Positions 27,897 through 37,307 of a stretch of DNA of 64,000 nt are shown piece by piece. The translations under genes were made by a program, and so were the position numbers. Below the pieces are notes generated by a model. It was not told where the DNA came from and ran no database searches. It was given only the letters and a program-made list of their open reading frames with translations. The stretch comes from Calditrichales bacterium (lineage in GTDB: Bacteria > Calditrichota > Calditrichia > Calditrichales > J004). Location: NCBI GenBank assembly GCA_965267575.1, contig OZ254086.1, positions 2,816,001 through 2,880,000 on the forward strand, in the 5' to 3' direction. Positions within the stretch are counted from its first letter, which is position 1. Every line of letters starts with the position of its first letter.

Positions 27897-29090
27897 ATGC
27901 GAACAATACTTACTGTTATGATTCTGGCATTGCTGTTTAGCCTGCCCGTATTTGGCGGCGATTTTGGCCTGAATGCCGAGGTGCGTCACCGTTATGAGCT
28001 GGACGCGAAAGACTTTAACAGCGATACCGGCTTTAACAATAATGGCTATCTGCGCAGCCGTCTGGGCGCGAGTTTTATGCCCACGGAAAATATTACTGCT
28101 TACCTGCAGATCCAGGACTGGCGTAAGCTGGGCAGCGAAACCAGCACTTTTGACAGTGACGCCGACAATCTGGATTTGCACCAGGGATTTTTGCAGGTGG
28201 AAAATTTTTATGATTTGCCGCTTGGCTTTAAGCTGGGCCGGATGGAGGCCAAATACAGCAATGAGCGTCTTATCGGTGCCGTGGGCTGGAGAAATGATGG
28301 ACGCGTTTTTGACGGGATTGAAGTGAGCTGGGACAACCCCTATAGTAATGTGCGCTTTTTCAATTATAAAGAAGTGGAGCAGATGCTGCCTTCCGATTTA
28401 GGTGATAAAAACGTGCTGGGTGCCTGGGTTACACCGGCCATCGCCGGACAAATCAGTCCTGAATTCAATATTATCTGGCAACGCGAACAGGGCAGCGGCA
28501 TGCTGAGCCGTCTCAATATCGGTACCAACCTTGGTTTTAATTTGGGCGGTATAAACGGTATGGCGGAAGTGAACTATCAGACCGGACAAATTGATGCTGA
28601 CCGTGATATTTCGGCTTATATGTTCGCGCTTAACGGTAGCTACAGCCTTGGTAAAACAGGTTGGGCGCCGGCCGTAAGCCTCGGCATTGACTATCTGAGC
28701 GGTGACAGCGACCCGGCGGATGATACGTTTGAAGTATTTGATACGATGTACGCCACCAACCATAAATACTACGGTATCTCTGACTTTTTTATTAATATAC
28801 CCGCGGATACCTATGGTGGCGGTTTGTCGGATATTCATGCAGGTTTGTCCTTCAATCCCTGCGAGCGGTCAGTGGCGTCTCTGCGTTTCCACAATTTTAC
28901 TGCCGTGGAAGAGCTGGGTGGCGAAACGGCTTTCGGCAATGAAATTGATTTGATTTTCAATACCAATTATAATGAGTATCTAAATTTTGAAGGTGGCTTT
29001 TCCTATTTTATGCCGGGAAAAATATTCGAAAATGTGCGTGGTGAGGATGCATCGATGTTTGGGTATATACAGACGCGTTTTAGCTTCTAG
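27897..29090 (+). CDS. Alginate export family outer-membrane barrel
   Basis: RSRLG, DLHQGF, ERLIGAVGW, LSGD..F..YATNHKYYG.D and GNEIDL motifs; terminal F; GGAGG RBS. Confidence 0.85.
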   Translation: MRTILTVMILALLFSLPVFGGDFGLNAEVRHRYELDAKDFNSDTGFNNNGYLRSRLGASFMPTENITAYLQIQDWRKLGSETSTFDSDADNLDLHQGFLQVENFYDLPLGFKLGRMEAKYSNERLIGAVGWRNDGRVFDGIEVSWDNPYSNVRFFNYKEVEQMLPSDLGDKNVLGAWVTPAIAGQISPEFNIIWQREQGSGMLSRLNIGTNLGFNLGGINGMAEVNYQTGQIDADRDISAYMFALNGSYSLGKTGWAPAVSLGIDYLSGDSDPADDTFEVFDTMYATNHKYYGISDFFINIPADTYGGGLSDIHAGLSFNPCERSVASLRFHNFTAVEELGGETAFGNEIDLIFNTNYNEYLNFEGGFSYFMPGKIFENVRGEDASMFGYIQTRFSF

Positions 29091-29111
29091 AAATTTGCAT
29101 ACGTAAAACAC

Positions 29112-29139
29112 AAAAAAGGCGCCTAGAGGCGCCTTTTTT
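29112..29139. terminator. Bidirectional terminator
   Basis: A run, then GGCGCC-TAGA-GGCGCC, then T run. Confidence 0.85.
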
Positions 29140-29168
29140 ATTTTGAATGGTTTTTTCTGAACAGGTAT

Positions 29169-29948
29169 TTACGATGCCTTGTTCCGCAGCTTTTTCACCA
29201 GTGTATATAAAGCGTCGCGGCTTTCCTTGCTCCACCACTGTTTAAGAAAGGCGTCCGCAACGTCTTCCACATCCTGATCGATTTTACTAAGCAGACTGGC
29301 GCGAATGGCTCTTTTGGTTTGCCGGAAAACAGCTGGAATGATCTGCTGGTAGGCTTCCATTTTGGCGATGGCGCCGGCCATAAGCTGGTCGGCTGTGGCA
29401 ATTTCATCCACCAGGCCGATCTTTAATGCCTCAGCGGTGTCGAGCAATCGGCCTTCAAGAATATTGTGATAGGCCTCCCGCTCACCAATCCAGAAAGCAT
29501 AGCTGTGAAAAAACTCCGCCGGAACGGCGATGCCCAGCGGAGTTTCGTTCAGGCCGATGCGAAACGACCCTTCAGCCATGATGCGAAAATCGGCGGTATT
29601 GGCCAACACGCAGCCACCGGCCGGGGCATGCCCGCTTATAGCTGCAACCAATGGTTTCTCAAAAGCCAGCATTTTACGATGCAGCCGGATAAAGCCGCTC
29701 CAGAACGAACGGGACTGATCGCTGTCGTAATCATATACTTCCAGCACATCCACGCCGGCAGAGAAAAAGCCTTCCCCGCCGGTCAGGATCATGCCGTTGT
29801 TGGCTTCGTCGGCAGACAAATTGGCGAGTAAATCGCTCAATTCATCAACCACCTTTTTGTTGATCGGATTGGCCGTACCGCGCTCCAAACGTACAATAAC
29901 GTAGTTGTCCCGCGGTTCATTCTTAAGGTATGAATAGGAGGCCGGCAT
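29169..29948 (-). CDS. Enoyl-CoA hydratase/isomerase (delta-isomerase-like)
   Basis: FFSAGVD, KPLVAAISGHAPAGG, IGLNE and GLVDE motifs. Confidence 0.9.
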   Translation of the reverse strand: MPASYSYLKNEPRDNYVIVRLERGTANPINKKVVDELSDLLANLSADEANNGMILTGGEGFFSAGVDVLEVYDYDSDQSRSFWSGFIRLHRKMLAFEKPLVAAISGHAPAGGCVLANTADFRIMAEGSFRIGLNETPLGIAVPAEFFHSYAFWIGEREAYHNILEGRLLDTAEALKIGLVDEIATADQLMAGAIAKMEAYQQIIPAVFRQTKRAIRASLLSKIDQDVEDVADAFLKQWWSKESRDALYTLVKKLRNKAS

Positions 29949-29952
29949 TAGA

Positions 29953-30168
29953 TTAGCTGCCTTCGATGCGGAAGCCTATTTTCAGCGAAACCTGGTAGTG
30001 GCCCACTTTCCCGTCCACGATATATCCGCGGGTTTCAGTCACTTCAAACCACTCCATATTCTTAATTGATCTGGAGCTTTGGGCCAGCGCATTTTGGATG
30101 GCTTCCTCAATGCTGTTTTTGCTGGTCCCTACAATCTCCACCTTCTTATATGTGTGATGGTCTGACAT
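29953..30168 (-). CDS. Dodecin (flavin-binding)
   Basis: YKKVEIVGTS..SIEEAIQNA..WFEV.E.RG..YQVSLKIGF. Confidence 0.95.
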   Translation of the reverse strand: MSDHHTYKKVEIVGTSKNSIEEAIQNALAQSSRSIKNMEWFEVTETRGYIVDGKVGHYQVSLKIGFRIEGS

Positions 30169-30237
30169 TTTACCTCCCGTTTTTTGATGTGTTAAAAACA
30201 GTATAACACGATTGCCGCAAATCCAATGTTAAGCAGT

Positions 30238-30750
30238 TTACCAATGCCCGGTACCGGGTTCCCCTTTAACCGGCCCGACGATTTCTTTCGTTATCCAGCC
30301 ACCGTAAAAGCTGCCCGGTTGCGGCTGTACACGTTCACCGTCCACAAAGCAATCGAGCAGGGAAGGGTAAAATGAAAAATGATCTTTCAACTCCTCATAA
30401 GGCGTATTGGGCTTGGCGTAGCTCCAGCCGACCGAACCCATACCACGATTGTCCCTTAGCGCCCAATAGGATGCTTTGCCTTTCCATTCGCAGTAGGAGC
30501 TGCCCGGGACAGGTATTAACTGCTCCGTGCGCACATCTTCTTTTGGGATGTAAAAAGTAGGTGGGCTTGCCGTTTCCAGCATGCGCAGCGCCCGGCAGCT
30601 CGAAGCAATCCGCGTAGAATTAAAAAATACTTCCACAAGGCGATTGTCTTGTTCCAGGCGGGGCGGGCGCGGGTAATCCCACACCGATTCCTGTTCTTCA
30701 CCCGGCTCAACAGCAAAATCCGGCCTCTCGCGGCCACGATATTTCCACAT
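30238..30750 (-). CDS. DUF427 domain protein
   Basis: ESVWDYPRPP, ETASPPTFYIP, CEWKG.A.Y and FYGGWIT motifs. Confidence 0.9.
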   Translation of the reverse strand: MWKYRGRERPDFAVEPGEEQESVWDYPRPPRLEQDNRLVEVFFNSTRIASSCRALRMLETASPPTFYIPKEDVRTEQLIPVPGSSYCEWKGKASYWALRDNRGMGSVGWSYAKPNTPYEELKDHFSFYPSLLDCFVDGERVQPQPGSFYGGWITKEIVGPVKGEPGTGHW

Positions 30751-30906
30751 AATGTTTCTCCATATTTTTAAGGCAGAAACGCCCGCTGTCCGCTTATGCT
30801 TCCCGGTTAACGAAAAAATAAATCGCTGTATTGAGCGGTATGTCGGGACGGCGTATCTTTAGCTCTGTTTCATGCGTTTTTAACGTTCACACAAAAGGAA
30901 TGCGCC

Positions 30907-32355
30907 ATGTTACGCGAACACCCCAAGGGACTTGCCACACTTTTCTTCACCGAAATCTGGGAACGTTTTTCTTACTATGGTATGCGCGCTCTGCTGGTAC
31001 TTTATATGACAAAAGAACTGCTTTTTGATGACGGCAAAGCATATGGGGTTTACGGCGCCTATACGGCCCTGGTGTACGCGGCGCCGGTGCTGGGCGGCTA
31101 TTTCGCCGATCGTGTGCTGGGTCAGCGTAAGGCGATTTTTATGGGTGCCTTTATCATGATGCTTGGACATTTTGCCATGGCTTTTGAAGCCTTTTTCTAC
31201 GGCGCTTTGGGTCTGCTGGTGGTAGGCAACGGTCTGTTTAAACCGAATATGGGACCTTTGCTGGGCAGCATGTACGGCAAGGGTGATCCGCGGCGCGACG
31301 GGGGGTTTACGATTTTTTACATGGCTGTGAATATCGGTGCTTTTGTGTCACCGCTGCTGTGCGGCTTTATTGGTGAAACCTACGGCTGGCATTATGGTTT
31401 TGGCCTGGCCGGTGTGGGCATGCTGATCGGTATGTTCACGTTTAACCGTGGGCAGCACATATTCGAGGAACGCGGTTTGCCGCCAAAGGAATCGCTGGAA
31501 AAAAAATATCTTGGTCTAAACAATATTCAGATGACCTGGATTGTTTCCCTGGCCTTGGTGCCACTCATCATGCTTCTGCTGACCATGAACCAGTTGATGA
31601 GTTACATCCTTGGAACTATGGGGTTTGTGGCTGTCTCTTACATCATAATCACTGCCGTACGCGCGGAAAAGGAAGAACGTGACCAACTGCTTGTGGCTTT
31701 GATCCTGACGGTGTATTCGGTGTTGTTCTGGTCCTTTTTCTTCCAGGGCGGCAGTTCGCTGGTGCTTTTTGCCGAACGCAGCGTCAACCGTGATATTTTC
31801 GGCTGGTTTACCGTCAATGCCTCTATGCTCGAAGCCGTGAATCCGACTTTTATTATATTACTCTCCGGGCCTTTTTCAGCGATGTGGATCAAGCTGTCCA
31901 AAATGGGCAAAGAGCCCAGCACGCCGGCAAAATTTACCTGGGGCACTCTTTTGCTGGGGGTGGGTTTTGGCATATTTGCCCTGGGACGTCATTTTGCCGT
32001 GGACGGCATTGTACCGATCATGTTTCTGATTGCCGGCTACTTTGTTTATACCATGGGGGAGCTGTCCATTTCCCCGGTGGGCCTTTCGATGATCACCAAG
32101 CTTTCACCGGCGCGCATGGTTAGTTTTATGATGGGTGTCTGGTTTTTATCATCGGCTTTTGCCAACCACATGGCGGCGCTTATTGCCAAGCTTACCAGTA
32201 GCGATGCAGATAGTGTGGAGGCGGTTACGGCGCAGGGAGTCCTGGCTAGCTACACCGATGTCTTTGAGACCGTTTTCTGGATCTGCCTGGCCGCCAGCGC
32301 GCTAATGTTGATTTTCCTGAAACCGCTCAGAAAGATGATGCACGGGGTGCATTAG
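30907..32355 (+). CDS. POT/PTR family proton-dependent oligopeptide MFS transporter
   Basis: EIWERFSYYGMR, FYMAVNIGA and GELSISPVGLS motifs. Confidence 0.95.
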   Translation: MLREHPKGLATLFFTEIWERFSYYGMRALLVLYMTKELLFDDGKAYGVYGAYTALVYAAPVLGGYFADRVLGQRKAIFMGAFIMMLGHFAMAFEAFFYGALGLLVVGNGLFKPNMGPLLGSMYGKGDPRRDGGFTIFYMAVNIGAFVSPLLCGFIGETYGWHYGFGLAGVGMLIGMFTFNRGQHIFEERGLPPKESLEKKYLGLNNIQMTWIVSLALVPLIMLLLTMNQLMSYILGTMGFVAVSYIIITAVRAEKEERDQLLVALILTVYSVLFWSFFFQGGSSLVLFAERSVNRDIFGWFTVNASMLEAVNPTFIILLSGPFSAMWIKLSKMGKEPSTPAKFTWGTLLLGVGFGIFALGRHFAVDGIVPIMFLIAGYFVYTMGELSISPVGLSMITKLSPARMVSFMMGVWFLSSAFANHMAALIAKLTSSDADSVEAVTAQGVLASYTDVFETVFWICLAASALMLIFLKPLRKMMHGVH

Positions 32356-32363
32356 ATAGAGTT

Positions 32364-32546
32364 TTAGTGAGCTGCTTCTTCCAACTGGCTTTCCTGCCGC
32401 TCCAGGCTTTTTTCCAACGAGCGCAGCTCAAGCTTTAACGATTCCAGTTCAAAATCGGAGATGGTTTTTTCGCCGAGGATCAGGTAATTATACTCATGCT
32501 TCCTGATTTGCTGGCGCAGCTGTTCGGTACGTTCCTTCAATTCCAT
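32364..32546 (-). CDS. Standalone homolog of NAD-dependent DNA ligase subdomain Ia
   Basis: LRQQIRKHEYNYLILGEKTISDFELESLKLELRSLE parallels the LigA N-terminus; AAAGGAG RBS. Confidence 0.65.
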   Translation of the reverse strand: MELKERTEQLRQQIRKHEYNYLILGEKTISDFELESLKLELRSLEKSLERQESQLEEAAH

Positions 32547-32723
32547 AATGGTACTCCTTTATCTTATGGTTTATCTCTATATGGAATTGACGGTAAAGCC
32601 GTGGTCTTTTTTAAAAATGTGGTCAAAGTGGAGCTTTTTGAGCAGCGCTTTGTGACGGTGCGCAAATTGACAGTGCCGCAGGACCTGAGATTTTTCAGCC
32701 CGGGGTGAATGCTAAACAAACCG

Positions 32724-32763
32724 AAGCACTTTAATACTTTAGAACATTAAAACTTTAGCACAG
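32724..32763. repeat. Degenerate octamer tandem repeat
   Basis: AAGCACTT TAATACTT TAGAACAT TAAAACTT TAGCACAG. Confidence 0.5.
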
Positions 32764-32767
32764 ATCT

Positions 32768-33466
32768 TTACTGCCTGTTCATCATCCAGTCAAGCAGATC
32801 GTACATATTGTCCAGCCAGACTTTGTAGCCCTGGAGTTTGTGTTTGTTGTTGTAAGGTGTTGCCAGGGCGGCGCAGGCGATGCCCGCTTTACCGGCGCTT
32901 GTCAGTCCGGCCTGGGAATCTTCCACGGCCAGGGTGGCGGCGGCCGGTATTTCCAAAAGCTGCAGGGCGCGCTTGTAGATATCAGGGGCCGGTTTTTTGC
33001 GGGCGACATCATCGCCGGCCACGACGGCAGTCAGCACCGGTTTTAAATCCAGAGGCTGGTCGGGGTGACGCTTAAGAGCTCCCAGAATGGCGTCTACCTG
33101 CTCGCGGTCGCTGGAGGTGGCCAGGCCGAGTTTGATATTATTGTTCAGCGCGTAATCGATCACTTCCATGACGCCGGGATTGGCGCGCAGCGGCTGCTCG
33201 CGTAAAAGCTCCAGGTAGATAGCGTTGCGTTCTTTGACTACCTCAGGCAGTTCAAGCTCCACGCCTTTGCTGCGTAAAAAACGATCATATATAGTGCGAA
33301 AATTTTCTTCAACCGAGTGACCGATCAGGCTTTCCATAAATTCTTGCGAGGGATTTACATCAAAAGGTTGCAGCCAGCGCCGGAATGCGCGAATGTGAAT
33401 CGGTTCCGTGTCGGCTAGAACGCCGTCCATATCCAGGATAAGGGCTTGAAGGGGTTGGTCTGTCAT
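32768..33466 (-). CDS. HAD-superfamily phosphatase (beta-PGM/CbbY-like)
   Basis: DMDGVLADT, KKPAPDIY and VEDS motifs. Confidence 0.92.
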   Translation of the reverse strand: MTDQPLQALILDMDGVLADTEPIHIRAFRRWLQPFDVNPSQEFMESLIGHSVEENFRTIYDRFLRSKGVELELPEVVKERNAIYLELLREQPLRANPGVMEVIDYALNNNIKLGLATSSDREQVDAILGALKRHPDQPLDLKPVLTAVVAGDDVARKKPAPDIYKRALQLLEIPAAATLAVEDSQAGLTSAGKAGIACAALATPYNNKHKLQGYKVWLDNMYDLLDWMMNRQ

Positions 33467-33607
33467 TAAAACCTGCTTGATTGTGTTTGTGTTAAGCTGG
33501 CAAATTTACGGCAACGCACGCATACGCGGCAAGGGCAAGCGCATTTCTTATTTGTCAGTTATAGCCGACCGTGTTAAATTTAGCGTTCGTAATTAATGGA
33601 AAAGTGA

Positions 33608-34390
33608 ATGCCCTTTAAATATTGTAATGTTGGCAATGCCAACGTATACCGCGAAGGAAAATTCCGCAGCGAAATTGATTCGCAGGTGGTGCTGTGGGAA
33701 AAGCTGGAGGTGCTGCAGGAGGAGACGCAGTTTAGCGAAGTACGCTGCGAGGATGGCTATACGGGCTGGGTTAATAACCGTCAGATGGTTGAAGCCGCCG
33801 AGCCTGTCGCTGAGATGACTTTGTTGACTTTTGGCTCGCCCGTGTACGAGCTGCCCAATAGTCACGCCAGCGTGATCCGCGATGTGGTGAGCGGTTGCTT
33901 TGTGCCGGTAACGGAAAAGCGTGACGGCTGGCTGCAGATCAATCTGCCTGACGGAGAAAGCGGCTTTATTCCGGAATCGACGGTGGAGCAGAACGGGGCG
34001 CGATCGGCCCGCGATATTATGCTGCACAAGGCGCGGTTTTTCAGCGGCGTGCCTTATTTCTGGGGCGGTAAAACCAACAAGGGTTTGGACTGCTCGGGTT
34101 ACATGCAGTTGTTGCACAAGTTTGCCGGCAAAACGATCCGCCGTGATTCGCCGATGCAGTTTGAAGATGCCCGGCCCGTTTCGGAGAAGGCCGCTGGCGG
34201 GCAACCCGGCGATCTGCTTTTTTTTGCCGAATATGGAACGCGCATTACGCATGTTGGATTAAAGCTTTCGGACAGCGAGTTTATACATGCCCGCGGAATG
34301 GTGCGTATCAACACGATTGAGCCGGGAAGCAGCGCGTATGACGAAGAATTGATGCGATCGTTTGTGGCTATTAAAACCTTTATGGACTAA
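33608..34390 (+). CDS. SH3 + NlpC/P60 (C40) peptidase
   Basis: DGYTGWV; PYFWGG..GLDCSG; PGDLLFF..HVG..FIHA. Confidence 0.92.
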   Translation: MPFKYCNVGNANVYREGKFRSEIDSQVVLWEKLEVLQEETQFSEVRCEDGYTGWVNNRQMVEAAEPVAEMTLLTFGSPVYELPNSHASVIRDVVSGCFVPVTEKRDGWLQINLPDGESGFIPESTVEQNGARSARDIMLHKARFFSGVPYFWGGKTNKGLDCSGYMQLLHKFAGKTIRRDSPMQFEDARPVSEKAAGGQPGDLLFFAEYGTRITHVGLKLSDSEFIHARGMVRINTIEPGSSAYDEELMRSFVAIKTFMD

Positions 34391-34446
34391 CCAAAAAAGG
34401 AGACGGGGAGAACGCACAGGGATGTAAGTTTTAACGGACTAAGCTT

Positions 34447-34950
34447 ATGCTGGATAAAAGCGTACTGGTTCTTAACCAGAATTTTGAACCTATTTCTATT
34501 ACATCGGCGCGCAAGGCGATTGTGCTGCTGTTTATGGAGAAAGCCGAGATGGTGGAACGCTATGATGCGGACGTCCACGCGGTAAGCATCAGTATACCCT
34601 ATCCCAGCGTAATCCGTTTAAGCCGTTATGTGCGTAAGCCCTACAAGCGCGTAGCCCTTAGCCGCAAAAACATCATCAAGCGCGATAACCACACCTGCCA
34701 GTACTGCGGCAAAAACCACCAGCCCATGACCATTGATCACATCGTTCCGCGCAGCCTGGGCGGCAAGGATACCTGGGAAAACCTGGTGACAGCCTGCTTC
34801 CGCTGCAATGGCAAAAAGGGCGACCGTACCCCGGACCAGGCCGGCATGCGCCTTGTCCGCAAACCCGCGCGACCCACGCATCTTTTTTACCTGCAATACA
34901 TCGCCGGCAAGCCGCACTCCACCTGGGCCAATTATTTGTTTATGAATTGA
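34447..34950 (+). CDS. HNH endonuclease family protein
   Basis: VLVLNQNFEP; RD..CQYCG..TIDHIVPRS.GG.DTWENLVTAC..CN..KG. Confidence 0.92.
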   Translation: MLDKSVLVLNQNFEPISITSARKAIVLLFMEKAEMVERYDADVHAVSISIPYPSVIRLSRYVRKPYKRVALSRKNIIKRDNHTCQYCGKNHQPMTIDHIVPRSLGGKDTWENLVTACFRCNGKKGDRTPDQAGMRLVRKPARPTHLFYLQYIAGKPHSTWANYLFMN

Positions 34951-35014
34951 TGGCGGAAAATTTGAGTACGTTTCAATCGCAAGGTAAATTGTATCTAAAA
35001 AAGAAGCATAGAGT

Positions 35015-35224
35015 ATGAATAATGAAATCATTTTCGTAGTAGAGGAATCTCTCGACGGCGGCTATGAGGCTAAAGCTTTGAACCACTCCGTTTTTTCGGA
35101 AGCCGATGATTTGGAGGCTTTACGCGAGGCCGTGAAAGATGCCGTAAATTGTCATTTTGAGCCTGAAAATAAACCTAAGATTATCCGGCTGCATTTTGTA
35201 AAGGAAGAGGTCATCTCGGTGTGA
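35015..35224 (+). CDS. HicB-like antitoxin (short)
   Basis: EIIFVVEES.DGGY.A..EAD..L..AV.DAV.CHF; GTGA overlap with hicA. Confidence 0.8.
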   Translation: MNNEIIFVVEESLDGGYEAKALNHSVFSEADDLEALREAVKDAVNCHFEPENKPKIIRLHFVKEEVISV

Positions 35225-35466
35225 AACTGCCAAGAGACGTCGATGCATCTAAACTGATTACTTCATTAAAAAAACTGGGCTATAGCAAAACAAGACAGAC
35301 CGGAAGCCATATCAGGCTTACGAAAATATCAGGTGACAAAGAGCATCACCTGACCATTCCCGATCATTCCCCCCTAAAAATAGGTACCCTTAATAATATT
35401 CTGCAGGACATTGCCCGTCATTTAAAAATCTCCAAAGAAGAATTGTTGCAGAAGTTAAAGTTATAA
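35221..35466 (+). CDS. hicA: HicA toxin
   Basis: LGY..RQTGSHIRL..TIPDH..LKIGTL..IL. Confidence 0.92.
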   Translation: MKLPRDVDASKLITSLKKLGYSKTRQTGSHIRLTKISGDKEHHLTIPDHSPLKIGTLNNILQDIARHLKISKEELLQKLKL

Positions 35467-35479
35467 TTGAAGGTTATTA

Positions 35480-35622
35480 GGCCCCATAGAACCGAAATGT
35501 CATAGCATAAGACAACCCCTGCCCCTGTTCAGCCCCATCGGGGGTGCACATAACAGTCCTCTGCGACGCAGCTAAAACTCGCTCCCATCTAGCCTTTCTA
35601 TGACGGGACGCATCTTCGATGC
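35480..35622. repeat. Second cluster of the CTATGAC REP family
   Basis: Minus copy ...GAAATGTCATAGCA 35480-35507; CCCC-ATC-GGGG hairpin at 35533-35543; plus copy CTATGACGGGAC-GCATC-TTC-GATGC 35598-35622. Confidence 0.65.
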
Positions 35623-35884
35623 TGAACATGCATTCCAAGGTTCAAATAAGATTGCCGCGCAGTATTTTCTTCCTTTAGATATATTTTACGCTATGTGTCG
35701 GGATAATTGCCCGGGAATGCTTTCCCGGTTGGCTTTGCCTTTTGGATACCGTCTATGTTATCCGCTTTTTAGTTTGTTCACTTTTGTGCTATTTTGTACA
35801 TTCCCGCTTTTAAAAAATGATGTGTTCTTATCCCCGTTGTAAAACCGGCCTTGCGAACACAAGTTGACAAAACGGAAGGAAATC

Positions 35885-36892
35885 ATGGCTAAGGATGTTG
35901 TTTTAACCGGCATAACCACCACCGGCACGCCGCACCTGGGGAACTACGTTGGCGCCATTCGTCCGGCGGTGCATGCCAGCCTGAACACGGATGTGGATTC
36001 ATTTTATTTTCTCGCCGATTACCACGCGCTTATAAAAAATTACGATCCAGCCGCGCGCCGACAGTCAACACTGGAGATTGCCGCCACCTGGCTGGCCTGC
36101 GGGCTGGACCCGGAAAAGGTCACTTTTTACCGCCAGTCGGACATCCCGGAGATTATGGAGCTGACCTGGATATTGACCTGCTTCAGCGCCAAGGGTTTGA
36201 TGAATCGCGCCCACGCCTACAAGGCAATCGTGCAGGCCAACGAGGAAGCCGGCAAACAAGACATCGAAGAAGGCGTTACCATGGGCCTGTTCTGCTACCC
36301 GATTCTGATGGCGGCGGACATCATCATGTTTAAGGCCAACAAGGTGCCCGTGGGTAAAGACCAGATCCAGCACCTGGAGATGGCTCGCGACATCGCCCAG
36401 CGTTTTAACCACTATTACGGCGATATCCTGGTGCCGCCGGATGCCGTGGTGGAGGAGAGGACATCGGTTCTGACGGGGCTGGACGGGCGCAAGATGAGCA
36501 AAAGCTACAATAACACGATTCCCTTGTTCCTGCCGGAAAAAAAGCTGCGCAAAATGATCATGAAAATCGTCACCAACAGCCTGGAGCCGGGTGTACCCAA
36601 AGATCCCGATACATCGGCGGTTTTCCAGATTTATCGCGCCTTTGCCAGCGAAGAGCAAACGGCAGAGATGCGCCAGAAGTTCGCCGAAGGCATCGCCTGG
36701 GGCCAGGCCAAGCAGGAGTTGTTTGAGCTGATCAACGAGGAGATCGCCGAAGCACGCGAGAAATATAACGCGCTGATTGAAGACACGGCGTTCATCGAGA
36801 AGAAGCTGCAGGAAGGCGCCGAGAAAGCCCGAGCCGTAAGCGTGCCGTTTATGAATGAAATCCGCAAAGCAATTGGGATGAGCGCGCTTTAG
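35885..36892 (+). CDS. trpS: Tryptophan--tRNA ligase
   Basis: HLGN (HIGH), [20 protein letters not shown] and KMSKS motifs. Confidence 0.97.
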   Translation: MAKDVVLTGITTTGTPHLGNYVGAIRPAVHASLNTDVDSFYFLADYHALIKNYDPAARRQSTLEIAATWLACGLDPEKVTFYRQSDIPEIMELTWILTCFSAKGLMNRAHAYKAIVQANEEAGKQDIEEGVTMGLFCYPILMAADIIMFKANKVPVGKDQIQHLEMARDIAQRFNHYYGDILVPPDAVVEERTSVLTGLDGRKMSKSYNNTIPLFLPEKKLRKMIMKIVTNSLEPGVPKDPDTSAVFQIYRAFASEEQTAEMRQKFAEGIAWGQAKQELFELINEEIAEAREKYNALIEDTAFIEKKLQEGAEKARAVSVPFMNEIRKAIGMSAL

Positions 36893-36909
36893 AGTTGGGA
36901 ATACTCAAC

Positions 36910-37250
36910 TGTCATTTAGAATCCCCGGCAGGGGTGAGAAATCCGGGAGTGAGACCTTGGATTGCTGTTGCCGGAAGGTTCCGGATCTCTCCGGCATCCG
37001 CCGTTCGAGATGACAGGGCGGGCGTTTTTCCGTTTCGTTCCCGCAATTGAATCCCCTGCGCGGTGGTTGGGATGGAATAATGCGCAGGGTTTCCAAATGC
37101 TGTATTACTGGATTCCCGTTTTCACGGGAATGACAATTAAGGTTGCTTTGGGCACCCTTTGGGCAACAAAAAAGCCTCTTCCATTCTTTGAAGGGAAGGG
37201 GTTTGGGGATGGGTTCGAGATCAAGAGCATGATCATGATCACGATCAAGA
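36910..37250. repeat. Composite of several REP-like palindromes and a hexamer repeat
   Basis: Inverted pair 36910-36944 / 36983-37015; ATTCCCG-TTTTCA-CGGGAAT-GAC at 37108-37135; purine-rich hairpin element 37172-37215; GATCAN x5 at about 37219-37250. Confidence 0.65.
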
Positions 37251-37266
37251 AAAACCTGAAAACTTG

Positions 37267-37306
37267 AACACATTAACACATTAACACATTGACACATTAA
37301 CACACT
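37267..37306 (+). repeat. Octamer tandem repeat AACACATT x5
   Basis: AACACATT x3, GACACATT, AACACACT, ending 1 nt before the scpA ATG. Confidence 0.9.
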
Positions 37307-37307
37307 A

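Noticed and set aside
34447..34950. HNH as part of a defence or Cas system
   Set aside because: It is a common standalone HNH type with no methylase, cas or ATPase partner.
35630..35880. T-box or attenuator upstream of trpS; ORF 35600-35842
   Set aside because: No T-box consensus or Trp-rich leader peptide; only an isolated hairpin.
36905..37303. ORFs 36905-37303 and 36962-37267
   Set aside because: They are translations of the repeat mosaic.
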